Part shown: one piece after another, positions 1-9,285 of the stretch
How the letters are laid out: every line of letters begins with the position of its first letter
Position numbering within the stretch: the stretch's first letter is position 1
Origin: Methanobacteriota archaeon
GTDB taxonomy: Archaea > Thermoplasmatota > Poseidoniia > Poseidoniales > Thalassarchaeaceae
NCBI GenBank assembly: GCA_002698225.1
Contig: NZWD01000040.1
Coordinates: 1 to 57,336, forward strand
Length of the DNA stretch: 57,336 nt
Reading direction: 5' to 3'
Notes under the pieces: model-generated
Database searches by the model: none
What the model saw: only the letters and a program-made list of their open reading frames with translations
What the model was told of the DNA's origin: nothing
Program-made: the position numbers and the translations under genes

Positions 1-13
1 TTGATGGCATATT

Positions 14-89
14 TGGTGGGCCCGACCGGAATTGAACCGGTGATCTTCGCTTTGTAAGAGCGACGTCATAACCCCTAGACCACGGGCCC
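14..89 (-). tRNA. tRNA-Val(TAC), CCA encoded
   Basis: Reverse complement GGGCCCGTGGTCTAGGGGTTATGACGTCGCTCTTACAAAGCGAAGATCACCGGTTCAATTCCGGTCGGGCCCACCA folds as a cloverleaf; anticodon arm TCGCT-CTTACAA-AGCGA; T-loop GTTCAATTC. Confidence 0.97.
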
Positions 90-148
90 TAGCAGAGCGC
101 AGAGGCGTTGTGTTCAAATCCCCTCCGGCTAGATGGAGTGTCAGGAGG

Positions 149-1147
149 ATGGGCATGGAGGGGATATCCGACTTGCTGGTGAGGCTGCGGGATTCGGGGG
201 TGCCGTTGAATGACAGCATAGCTGATGCTATGCAATCAGTCGACATTGGGGAATTCACCGACTTCGACACCTCTCTATTCTTGAGAGACAGGCCGATTCC
301 GTTCCTGTCAACTGACAATGGCACAACTAAGACCATCTCAGCCCCGCACATGATTGCCACACTACTACACCATTTGGAAGTCCTTGAGGGGCATCATGTG
401 CTCGTGCTGGGCTCCAAGGGAGGTTACCTCGCCGCCCTTCTTGACAGTATGTTAGGCCCCGCTGGAGCAGTGACAGTAGTCGAGCCACATCCCGAAGTTA
501 GGCTGCATACTAATGATCGACTCGACATATTCGAGTCGATGGGTGAGGTGAGGGTCATGCCGATTGAATACCTAGAGGCACTCGGAGAAGATTCGAGGCC
601 AGTCGACAGAGTCCTCGTCACAGGGGCAATTAGGGAACTTCTGCCCGATGTTGAGAACCTAGTGGGCGAAGGAGGATTTGTACTCGGCCCGTTTGGCGGG
701 CCTGTCCATCAGAGACTGCTGAAGAGGGAGAGGCAGGGGGATGAGTGGCTTGACACAGATTTAGGAGGAGTTGTGTTCGGACCGATGGACCTCGGGGAGG
801 CCGAGAGATCGCCTCTAGACCCTCAGAACCTCGCCGAGCATCTTGAGGACATAATAGAGCTGGTTTGTGAGATAATAGATATCGAAGATGACACAGTTAG
901 GAGGATAGAGGGACTCATATCGTCGCTCAGAGAATTACCTCAAGACATACCAAACCTTGACGAGGAGTCCACTGAGGATGAGATAATGGAGCATCCTGTG
1001 ATAGAACTCCTGCTCATGGAGATGGATTGGCTCGGACCAATGTGGCCTATCTTCGGAGATTTTCTATCGGTTGAAATCGCCTCGCCGGGTTCGCCTGGCG
1101 ACGATGAGTTCGAGATGTCCGGCGGTCACGAAGACCTAGTCCCCTAG
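149..1147 (+). CDS. Protein-L-isoaspartate O-methyltransferase (PIMT)-like protein with acidic C-terminal extension
   Basis: TISAPHMIATLL motif, SAM-binding-like VLVLGSKGGYLAA, DRVLVTGA and GGVVFGPM as in the PIMT family; start moved to ATG 149 (ORF open from 110). Confidence 0.75.
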   Translation: MGMEGISDLLVRLRDSGVPLNDSIADAMQSVDIGEFTDFDTSLFLRDRPIPFLSTDNGTTKTISAPHMIATLLHHLEVLEGHHVLVLGSKGGYLAALLDSMLGPAGAVTVVEPHPEVRLHTNDRLDIFESMGEVRVMPIEYLEALGEDSRPVDRVLVTGAIRELLPDVENLVGEGGFVLGPFGGPVHQRLLKRERQGDEWLDTDLGGVVFGPMDLGEAERSPLDPQNLAEHLEDIIELVCEIIDIEDDTVRRIEGLISSLRELPQDIPNLDEESTEDEIMEHPVIELLLMEMDWLGPMWPIFGDFLSVEIASPGSPGDDEFEMSGGHEDLVP

Positions 1148-1150
1148 ACT

Positions 1151-1573
1151 CTACAGGGCGGGCTGCTGCAACCTCGCAAGAGGAACTGAGATTGGAGGGA
1201 GATGGTCAGAGAGCATGTGCCTAGATGTCTTTGGCTCAAACAGGTTACCTGAGAGGGCAGCCTCTATCACTTCCTCCTTCTGAATAGACTCCCTGCCACT
1301 ATTGGGCCAAACTGACACGCTTATGCCATCATCCTCGAGATAGTCGACGAGTACGCACGGCAGGCACTGGAGTTCCATTCTAACAGCCACCTTTGTCCTG
1401 TGGTGTCCGTCGAGAATCGTGCCGGTCTTCCTATCTACGAGCAGTGGCTTGGTGTAAGCCCTCCATCTGAGAGTCATTTTCTCGAGATTGTCCACTCTGT
1501 GCTCCTCTACCTTCTCGTGCGGGAGTAGGGTCTCGACGGGGACTAGCTCAACCTTCACACCCCCTCGAACCAC
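1151..1573 (-). CDS. ParB/Srx-fold protein, SerK/SbnI-like (minimal form)
   Basis: LLPHE, KPLLVD, ILDGHHR, VLVDY, KEEV and FEPKTSRH motifs. Confidence 0.75.
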   Translation of the reverse strand: MVRGGVKVELVPVETLLPHEKVEEHRVDNLEKMTLRWRAYTKPLLVDRKTGTILDGHHRTKVAVRMELQCLPCVLVDYLEDDGISVSVWPNSGRESIQKEEVIEAALSGNLFEPKTSRHMLSDHLPPISVPLARLQQPAL

Positions 1574-1631
1574 TCATCGGGGATATGTCTAACGCCCGAA
1601 GGAATCATGACCACAATGCCGACGGGCAGTC

Positions 1632-2861
1632 ATGGGAGAGCCTTTGGAATATGCCAGCGAAGCCGACAGGCTGGTATTGTCGGGGCTGCGCTCTAAGGGT
1701 GAAGCTTGGGTAGTCGGTGGATGGGTTAGAGAGTCTTTGTCGGGCGAGCCGTCTACTGATATGGACATAGCCACCACACTACTTCCTGAAGAAGTCAAGG
1801 AGCTGTTTCCGCTTTCTCTTATGTACGGTGCAGACTATGGCACAGTGGTCGTCAGGCTAGACGGGTTTGAAGGGACATGGGAGGTCACTACTCTACGTAG
1901 CGAGGGTGGTTACGGAGACGGTAGGAGGCCAGACAGAGTCGATTTTGGAGTCGATATCAATGATGACCTCTCTCGCAGAGATTTCACAATCAATGCCATG
2001 GCATATGATTCAGAATGGAGCTTGGTGGATCCCTTCGATGGTTATTCCGACTTGGAAGATGGTATTCTGAGGTCTGTCGGAAATGCCGCAGAGAGACTGG
2101 GAGAGGACGGGCTCAGAGTTATGCGGGCATATCGATTCCTAGCTTCTCAGAAGGTCGCGGCCATGGATTCTGACCTAAGGGATGCCGTCAGAGACAATAT
2201 CAGTATGCTGGGAATGGTTTCTAAGGAGAGAATAGGGGACGAGATGGGACGCACACTCGTTGCATCGAACGCATCCTCAGCAATCTCCATGATGCATGAC
2301 GATGGAGTGATTCAGCAGATTTTGCCTGGACTCAGTGCTAACCCACAAGTTGTACTATGTGAGGACCCGGTGGTCAACTTGGCTTTGTTTTGCAGCGTTG
2401 ATGAGCGCAGCAGCGCGGATTTAGTGGCTTTACTGAGAGAGAGTCTGAAAATGTCAACAGATGAGCTTCGAGAGATTGCTTTCTTACACGGAGCGAGAGG
2501 TGTTCATCTCCCCTCGACGATACCAGAGATGAGAGTGTTCAGAGCATATCTGCCCGAACTCCGTCAGACACGAATTATCAACTACTACGCGGGCCTAGGC
2601 CGAGATGTCTCGCAATTTGAGAGATCAATTGCTGAGCTCTCCCCTCTCAAGGCGGGTAACGCTCCACTGGTGGACGGAAATACTCTTTCAGAGGTCACTG
2701 GACTGGAGCCGGGCCCTAGAATGGGGAGGTTGAAGGGACTGTTGCACCGAATCCAAGTAGAGAGAGACCTAGCCAATCAGAACGATGTTCTAGCACTGCT
2801 TGATGAATTAGGATGGAAAGATTCCGAACACGAGGACTGGCTTACCTTAGGGTGGCCTTAG
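1632..2861 (+). CDS. cca: Class II (bacterial/eukaryotic-type) tRNA nucleotidyltransferase / CCA-adding enzyme
   Basis: Motif A VVGGWVRE...DMDIAT, EVTTLRSE-GGYGDGRRP loop, RRDFTINAMA, DPFDG..DL, EDGLRVMRAYRF. Confidence 0.85.
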   Translation: MGEPLEYASEADRLVLSGLRSKGEAWVVGGWVRESLSGEPSTDMDIATTLLPEEVKELFPLSLMYGADYGTVVVRLDGFEGTWEVTTLRSEGGYGDGRRPDRVDFGVDINDDLSRRDFTINAMAYDSEWSLVDPFDGYSDLEDGILRSVGNAAERLGEDGLRVMRAYRFLASQKVAAMDSDLRDAVRDNISMLGMVSKERIGDEMGRTLVASNASSAISMMHDDGVIQQILPGLSANPQVVLCEDPVVNLALFCSVDERSSADLVALLRESLKMSTDELREIAFLHGARGVHLPSTIPEMRVFRAYLPELRQTRIINYYAGLGRDVSQFERSIAELSPLKAGNAPLVDGNTLSEVTGLEPGPRMGRLKGLLHRIQVERDLANQNDVLALLDELGWKDSEHEDWLTLGWP

Positions 2862-3364
2862 GGTAACTCGTTTAGCATCTCAATGTACTCTTCCATATCG
2901 AGGAACTGGTCCTCATCGAAATCGTAAGGCTGCACTATCATACACCAGCCGTCTCCGTAGGCGTCGTCGTTAATCAGATCCGGATTATCCTCGACCTCTC
3001 CATTGAGTTCGAGTATCTTGCATGGGAACGGGGCATTGATCAGTAGGGTCTCAATTTCTCCACCGAAATTGGTAGTCAGCGTAATCATCAGGTCTTCTAT
3101 TCCAACCTCATCCCCTCTCCCCATCATCACAGGAGAGTCGTCATCGGAGTCGGTGTCGGTGTCGGTGTCGGAATCGAATTCGCTGTCATCCTCCGGCCTA
3201 GTCAGCACTACTCTAACTATGTCGCCATACTCTGCGGGAACGAACTCACTCACTCCTATCTTCACAGATTCTGCCTTATCGTCCAATGCTTGGACCCAAA
3301 CATGGTCCAGAGTGTACTTGCGATCATGGGCTATGCTGTACTCGATGTAGTCCCCGTTTGCCAT
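2858..3364 (-). CDS. Glycine cleavage H-protein-like (no lipoyl-Lys motif, acidic insertion)
   Basis: RKYTLDHVWV, KIGVSEF, GDIV, NAPFPCKILELN and NPDLINDDAYGDGW match the GcvH fold. Confidence 0.8.
   Translation of the reverse strand: MANGDYIEYSIAHDRKYTLDHVWVQALDDKAESVKIGVSEFVPAEYGDIVRVVLTRPEDDSEFDSDTDTDTDSDDDSPVMMGRGDEVGIEDLMITLTTNFGGEIETLLINAPFPCKILELNGEVEDNPDLINDDAYGDGWCMIVQPYDFDEDQFLDMEEYIEMLNELP
3149..3171. repeat. Hexanucleotide microsatellite (GTCGGT)x3.8 encoding Asp-Thr repeats
   Basis: gtcggt gtcggt gtcggt gtcgg inside the GcvH-like gene, giving DSDTDTDTDSDDD. Confidence 0.8.
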
Positions 3365-3481
3365 TGATACCGAACCGCGCGTAAACCGGTCTGATTTTAA
3401 CTATTCGATGAATAGTAATCTCTTGGGCTCCCACGAGGGATTAACTATGTAGTCCTACTCTCAATTGTTGAGGAGAGAGAG

Positions 3482-4660
3482 TTGGACTTCGCAGAGGCCG
3501 AAGAACAGGCGATGATTCGCGATATGGTTCGTGATTTCGCCGAGAGTGTGTTGGCTCCAACTTGTCTTGATAGGGACCGTGGGCAGAAGGCCCCGCTAGA
3601 AGAGTGGAGAGTGTTCTGCGAGCAGACTGGTCTGCAGGGAATAACCATCTCCGAGGAGTATGGGGGCAGCCCTGTAGACGATGTTTCTGAGGCGATAATC
3701 GTTGAGGAGTTGGCCCGAGTCGATCCCTCTTTCTCTGTGATGTTCTGCGTTCATGTGGGTCTGTGCTCGAAGACGATTGCACTGCATGGGAATGACGAGC
3801 AGAAGCAGAAGTATCTAACCAGATTGGCTCAGAGTGAGATTGGAGCATATTCCCTGTCCGAGGCTGGTGCTGGTACCGATGCTGCTGCTTTAGGATGCAA
3901 GGCGAAACTGAGCGATGATGGGGCTCACTACATCCTCAATGGTGAGAAGATGTGGGTCACCAATGGAGCAAGTGCCGATATCTATGTCTTATTCGCCAAG
4001 GATGTTGATCACCCTGAGTTCGGAGTTAAGAAGCATGGAGGGACTACTGCCTTCATTGTCGAGAAGAGTTTCAAGGGTTTTTCCGTGGGAAAGAAGGAGG
4101 ACAAACTCGGAATCAGGTCGAGTGATACTTGCTCACTTTTACTGGACAGTTGCAAGGTTCCAGTTGAGAATGTCCTCAAAGTTCCAGGTGACGGTTTTCC
4201 CATCGCGATGAACGCTCTAGACAACTCAAGAATCGGGATTGCTGCTCAAGCCCTCGGAATAGCCCAGGGGGCATATGAGTCTGCTCTAGGCTATGCTCAC
4301 GAGAGGGAGGCCTTCGGTAAGCCGATAGCATACCACCAAAGCATTGGCAATATTCTCGCTGACATGGCAACAAGGACCGAGGCGGCCAGATTGATGGTAT
4401 ACAAGGCTGCATGGGCCAAGCAGAGACACTACGAAGACGATGCTCCTCGACACACCATGGAAGCAAGTATGGCCAAACTGTTCGCGGGGGACACCGCCAT
4501 GTGGGTGGCCGAAAGAGCTGTACAAGTCCTCGGAGGATATGGCTACACCACCGACTTCCCTGTGGAGCGCTTCTTCCGTGACGCCAAGATTACACAGATC
4601 TACGAAGGTACGCAAGAGGTCCAGCGAATTGTAATAAATCGCTCCATCGCTCCGGAGTGA
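3482..4660 (+). CDS. Acyl-CoA dehydrogenase (short/branched-chain type)
   Basis: AYSLSEAGAGTD, LNGEKMWVTNG, KLGIRSSDT, GGYGYTTDFPVERFFRDAKITQIYEGT; TTG start after GAGGAG. Confidence 0.95.
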   Translation: MDFAEAEEQAMIRDMVRDFAESVLAPTCLDRDRGQKAPLEEWRVFCEQTGLQGITISEEYGGSPVDDVSEAIIVEELARVDPSFSVMFCVHVGLCSKTIALHGNDEQKQKYLTRLAQSEIGAYSLSEAGAGTDAAALGCKAKLSDDGAHYILNGEKMWVTNGASADIYVLFAKDVDHPEFGVKKHGGTTAFIVEKSFKGFSVGKKEDKLGIRSSDTCSLLLDSCKVPVENVLKVPGDGFPIAMNALDNSRIGIAAQALGIAQGAYESALGYAHEREAFGKPIAYHQSIGNILADMATRTEAARLMVYKAAWAKQRHYEDDAPRHTMEASMAKLFAGDTAMWVAERAVQVLGGYGYTTDFPVERFFRDAKITQIYEGTQEVQRIVINRSIAPE

Positions 4661-4664
4661 AGGA

Positions 4665-5912
4665 ATGTCGGATTACCCGATAGCCGAGATTCGCTCTCTA
4701 TTCCCTGGTTTACAACGTCAGGTCAATGGTAATCAAGCTATTTTCTTCGATGGCCCAGGAGGTAGCCAGTCTCCTGAATCAGTAGGTGATGCGGTCAAGC
4801 ATTACTTATTGCATCAGAATGCGAATGTGGGCATGTCGTTCGCGACTTCGAAGGAGACGGATTCACTAATCGAGGAAACCATGCGAGCCTGTGCTGATTT
4901 TGTCGGTTGCGAGGATTATCGCGAGATTGTCTTCGGCCAGAATATGACTAGCCTGACGATACAACTGGCTAGTGCTCTGAGCCGAACTTGGGGCCCGGGT
5001 GATGAAGTCGTAGTTACGCGCTCAGACCACGATGCGAATGTTCGGCCATGGGTGCTTGCGGCGCAGTGGTCAGGTGCGACGGTGAAGTGGATAGATATCG
5101 ACCCAGGAGATTGTACACATAAAGTCGGGACGATAGATGAAAGTATCAACGAAAGCACTGTAATGGTAGCAATAGGTGCCGCATCAAACTTCTCAGGCAC
5201 AATAAATGATGTTAGAGGAATCTGCAGTAAGGCACATTCGGTAGGTGCCGAAGTTTTCGTGGATGCGGTGCATTATGCTCCTCATGCCCTGATTGATGTA
5301 CGAGATATGGACTGTGATTATCTCGCTTGCTCGTCGTACAAGTTCTTCGGAACGCACCAAGGAATCCTATGGGGTAGATTCGGTAGGTTGGCTAAATTGC
5401 CTGTTGCTAAATTGCGTGTTTCAAGCGAAGAGGTTCCATATAGATGGATGACTGGGACTCAAGGGCATGAATCGATGGCAGGAACGCTAGCTGCTATCGG
5501 GCATTTAGAATGGCTCGGAAGAATGATTTCTGAAGAGAATATTAGTCGTAGAGAAGCTCTGAGGGTTGCATTCTCTGCAATTGAAGAATACGAAAGTGAG
5601 TTGTGCTGGAGGATGATAGAGGGCCTCAAGAAGATGGATGGGGTCAAGATTTGGGGAATTACAGACCCCTCGATGAAGGATATGAGAGCTCCAACAGTCT
5701 CCTTCACTCATCATTCCATGACTGCAGAGGAGATTGGAGGGGCGCTTGCAGATCAGGGAATTTTCGCGTGGGCTGGGAACTTCTACGCGCTGGAGCTCTC
5801 CGAGGCTCTGGGACTTGAGCCTGAAGGTGCCCTCAGGGTCGGCCTGTTACATTACAATACTGCTGAAGAGGTAGATAGTTTCCTTAGGTTGCTCTCCGAC
5901 ATCCTTGAGTAA
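4665..5912 (+). CDS. Class V PLP enzyme, cysteine desulfurase-like (VC1184-type)
   Basis: FFDGPGGSQ, DHDANVRPW, VDAVHYAPH, CSSYKFFG (PLP Lys), AGNFYA, RVGLLHYNT. Confidence 0.88.
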   Translation: MSDYPIAEIRSLFPGLQRQVNGNQAIFFDGPGGSQSPESVGDAVKHYLLHQNANVGMSFATSKETDSLIEETMRACADFVGCEDYREIVFGQNMTSLTIQLASALSRTWGPGDEVVVTRSDHDANVRPWVLAAQWSGATVKWIDIDPGDCTHKVGTIDESINESTVMVAIGAASNFSGTINDVRGICSKAHSVGAEVFVDAVHYAPHALIDVRDMDCDYLACSSYKFFGTHQGILWGRFGRLAKLPVAKLRVSSEEVPYRWMTGTQGHESMAGTLAAIGHLEWLGRMISEENISRREALRVAFSAIEEYESELCWRMIEGLKKMDGVKIWGITDPSMKDMRAPTVSFTHHSMTAEEIGGALADQGIFAWAGNFYALELSEALGLEPEGALRVGLLHYNTAEEVDSFLRLLSDILE

Positions 5913-5913
5913 A

Positions 5914-7464
5914 CTACTCGACCCACCGGTACTCTCTCTGACCCTCTAGAGTTCCTTCTCGGCCAACACTCACCAAGGCGAATTCACCTTCTGGACTGAC
6001 AACGGACCTCTTTCGTGATCCTCTGTGAAGAGCCTCGTAAACCGTCTTGTTGATTGGGTGACGGTTGGACAGTCGCTCAAACAGGTGGAATCTTGATGCA
6101 ATCTCTCGCCATTCGGCCTGCACTACTCCCTCGAAGACCTTGGCCTTGGCGCCCGAGCCATAACCGCACAGCCCCACTCTCTTGTCGGCCATGTCGATGT
6201 TGTCAATGTAATCTGACTCCATAGTGGACATTAATGCAAGGAATATCGACCCTGTATACTGGTTTCCAATTAGGCTGGATGCTCTCGTAGTCTTCTCGAT
6301 TCTCTGATCGACGAAGGTCTTGAACTCATCAGTCTTGGAGATTAATCTGCGATAGTAGTCATTCGACTTCTCGAACTCCTCGATTCCCTCAGGGGTATCG
6401 GCGAAGTCCTCTGGTAGTGGTTCCAGACCTATCTCCTCGACGATATTGGCCCACATCGGCAGATGCCTCCGATCATGCCTGAATACATCAGGGAACATCC
6501 TCTTACCCTGAAATGCATATGGCAGATGGACTATGATGCGACTCCATTGATTAGTCAGAATTTCGTCCTCTTCGGGATTGTACCTGCCATCTCTGATGGC
6601 CTTCTCTCGGAAATTGATGAAAGCCTGCTTGACTGACTCTGAATAGCACCTATTGGAGAACTGTCCATCGAATACAGGTGTGTCCTTGTGAATCTGCAGC
6701 TTAGGGCTCTCAAACATTACATCATCCTTCTTAGAGGAGCGGGGCAGGTGCTTAAGAATGCGTTCAGCGAGCCCTTCCTTAACCTTCTCGCCACTCTCTC
6801 TGGCTAGGTCTAACACATTCTCGACAATGGTTCTAGTATCGACTTCTCTCCTTGGCTTGAAGAAGTCATGAACGGGCATGGTAGAGATGCCCCAGATGTC
6901 GGGAATCTCCAGTAATCTTGGGTTGTGGCGAATCAGTATGGCCCCCCCTCCGGCACCCTGTGTGTACTCGCCAGTCGAACCGATGTCGTACTTGGCGTTA
7001 TCAGCGAATACGACAATGCCAATTCTGTCCTTCTCCTCACCCCCTCGGGCGACCCAATCGAGAGTGTTGTGCATAGCATCTACCGCGCCTATGCATGCGA
7101 AGGTCAAGTCTACAACGTCGCAGTTTCGGAAGCAATCCTTGCCGTGAACGGAAGTGTACCTCTGCTCAAGCATGTCCATGATGTAAGTCGCAGTAGGCTT
7201 GGAACCATCTAGTGCGGACTCGGTTCCCAGATAGATTCTGCCTATTGTGGCTGGATTGATACCGTTCCTATCAATCAGTCTGCGGGCAGCATTGGCACCC
7301 ATCGTAGCAGTGTCCTCATGAACATCCGGTATGGCCATCGCTGACAGACCTAGGCCACGATTCAGTTTGCCGAAATCGGCACCTCGCAACTTAGCGAAGT
7401 CTTCCATATCGAAATATAGCCTAGGGAAATGGATGGCGATGTCATCTATGCCTACGTTGGGCAC
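5914..7464 (-). CDS. mvaS: Hydroxymethylglutaryl-CoA synthase (bacterial-type)
   Basis: VGIDDIAIHFP, GTES, FACIGA (catalytic Cys), GEYTQGAGG, VHLPY, GNQYTGS, GYGSG; start placed at GTG 7464 after GAGG (ORF open to 7566). Confidence 0.9.
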   Translation of the reverse strand: MPNVGIDDIAIHFPRLYFDMEDFAKLRGADFGKLNRGLGLSAMAIPDVHEDTATMGANAARRLIDRNGINPATIGRIYLGTESALDGSKPTATYIMDMLEQRYTSVHGKDCFRNCDVVDLTFACIGAVDAMHNTLDWVARGGEEKDRIGIVVFADNAKYDIGSTGEYTQGAGGGAILIRHNPRLLEIPDIWGISTMPVHDFFKPRREVDTRTIVENVLDLARESGEKVKEGLAERILKHLPRSSKKDDVMFESPKLQIHKDTPVFDGQFSNRCYSESVKQAFINFREKAIRDGRYNPEEDEILTNQWSRIIVHLPYAFQGKRMFPDVFRHDRRHLPMWANIVEEIGLEPLPEDFADTPEGIEEFEKSNDYYRRLISKTDEFKTFVDQRIEKTTRASSLIGNQYTGSIFLALMSTMESDYIDNIDMADKRVGLCGYGSGAKAKVFEGVVQAEWREIASRFHLFERLSNRHPINKTVYEALHRGSRKRSVVSPEGEFALVSVGREGTLEGQREYRWVE

Positions 7465-7549
7465 CTGAACAACCTCGTGCCACGCCGGTAGGGGGCGGGT
7501 TATGAGTCCTCTCCCTGCAAGGTAGTGCAGAAATAGACTACTAAGTGCA

Positions 7550-8668
7550 TCACTGGGAGCCGACAAGGCTATCCATGGCAGACATCAGTTCTGATTTGGT
7601 GGCGAAGTGTTGTGCTAGCGGCTCAAAGATGTCTGAAAGGGCGTCTGCAACGGCCATCTTAGCATCGAGAGGGTGGATTGAGCCATCAGAAACTGCCGAG
7701 ATGAACAAATCTAGATCGTCCCAAGTCGATGTTTGCCCGTACTTAGGGTCTGGAGATACTGTGATTGAGCCCAAGCGGGGCATAATAATCAGTCTGGCAA
7801 TCTCAAATACAGGGGATTCCAAATTGCCGACCTCAAGAAAAGCACCGCGCAACTTACTTCTCAGAGAATCCCGATCGTCATCAAGGAGGATAGCGTTGCT
7901 TGGGTCCGACTTTGACATCTTGTGATCGAATGAGTCCATTCTGCCTCCGGGCCCTTTGAGGCCGGACATCATTGGCGTATGGACACAGGTGGCCTTTGGC
8001 CAATTGTACTTGTCGGCGACCTCTCGCATGTACATGTGCGCCTTTCGCTGGTCCATCCCTCCGAATGCTATGTCTACTTCCAACTCGAATATATCGGCAG
8101 CCTGCAAGGCAGGATAGTAGAAAGCCGCGAGATCGTGGTCAGAGGATTCCTCATCACGCCCCATAATACTGAATGTTCTGCGGACTCTGGAGAGGCTCAT
8201 ATTCTTCGAGCATCTCAGGACCCTTTCCCAGTACTTCCCGGAATCCATCAACTCTGATGCGCTCAGGAACCTAAGTTCTCCGGCTCCCTCTCCCTCCTGA
8301 GGATTGTCGAGTAATGCTCTGAAGGTCTCTGCTAGGTATTCTCCTGCAATCGTTATCTTTTCCATATCTCGATCGAACTTGTCGTTAACCCACGCATGCC
8401 AGTCTGCTAGTAGGATAATCACATTCACTCCCTCGTCGAGCATCTCACGGATGGAGTCTGCCAGAAGCACATAAGCCACATGGGCCTTACCGCTTGGCTC
8501 AAGCCCAATATATGCGACCAATTGGTCGTCACCGGAGTGTGTCGATCCTCCCGACATCACTGAGGCGACATGTTCCGCACCTACGACCTCGGCACAACTG
8601 GAGAACATACGAGATATGCGCGAGCGCCCCTCCTCGTCCAGTGACGAGAGGGGGTCTTTGTCGCTCAT
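7550..8668 (-). CDS. tyrS: Tyrosyl-tRNA synthetase (archaeal type)
   Basis: AYIGLEPSGKAH, LLADWHAWVNDK, YPALQAADIF, GGMDQRKAHM, KMSKS. Confidence 0.95.
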   Translation of the reverse strand: MSDKDPLSSLDEEGRSRISRMFSSCAEVVGAEHVASVMSGGSTHSGDDQLVAYIGLEPSGKAHVAYVLLADSIREMLDEGVNVIILLADWHAWVNDKFDRDMEKITIAGEYLAETFRALLDNPQEGEGAGELRFLSASELMDSGKYWERVLRCSKNMSLSRVRRTFSIMGRDEESSDHDLAAFYYPALQAADIFELEVDIAFGGMDQRKAHMYMREVADKYNWPKATCVHTPMMSGLKGPGGRMDSFDHKMSKSDPSNAILLDDDRDSLRSKLRGAFLEVGNLESPVFEIARLIIMPRLGSITVSPDPKYGQTSTWDDLDLFISAVSDGSIHPLDAKMAVADALSDIFEPLAQHFATKSELMSAMDSLVGSQ

Positions 8669-8674
8669 CCAATC

Positions 8675-9190
8675 TCACTCCAACAGTTTACCCAGTTTCT
8701 CAGCACGTCCGGCGGCCTTCGTGTTGTCGCCCTGCTCCAGTGCGGTCTGGATTTCCTCAATCATAGACTCTGCCTGCGCGGTGACCTCTTCGGAGGTGTT
8801 TTTCGACAATGACATGAAGTGGCGAGCAGCTGAGATGGCAGATTTCGCCTTACTGGCCTTCTTGGCCCATTCCTTCGCCTTGTCGCCTCTTTGCTTGGAG
8901 TTGTAACCCGTCGCCGCATCGAGAAATAAGGTCCATCTCCTCCGGTCATCCATGGCAGTTTTCACGGCCTCGGGATCCTCGAAGTCCGGAGCAACATTGG
9001 TGACATCGACAAGTAAGGCTCCCTTCTCATTGTAATTTGCCTCAATTAAGGTCATAACACCATGCGAGCCGCTGAATGAGTTGTCTCCAGAGTCCCTTAT
9101 GTCATCAAAGAACTCACTGGCTAGCGTCGCTAGGCCCCCATTCTCTGAAATCTGCTTCACTAGTCCTCGCTTTACGTCGAATCTCTCCAT
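8675..9190 (-). CDS. Conserved archaeal protein, DUF5611-like, with C-terminal helical extension
   Basis: MERFDVKRG N-terminus and FLDAATGYNSKQR motif; start moved to ATG 9190. Confidence 0.6.
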   Translation of the reverse strand: MERFDVKRGLVKQISENGGLATLASEFFDDIRDSGDNSFSGSHGVMTLIEANYNEKGALLVDVTNVAPDFEDPEAVKTAMDDRRRWTLFLDAATGYNSKQRGDKAKEWAKKASKAKSAISAARHFMSLSKNTSEEVTAQAESMIEEIQTALEQGDNTKAAGRAEKLGKLLE

Positions 9191-9285
9191 GCCGTGTCGC
9201 TGACTGGGGACTTCTTGAATGCTGTTGCCGTTAGTGACTCTGACCATGTCGAACGGGCTAAACAGAAGTCACCCGTCCGCAGGTC

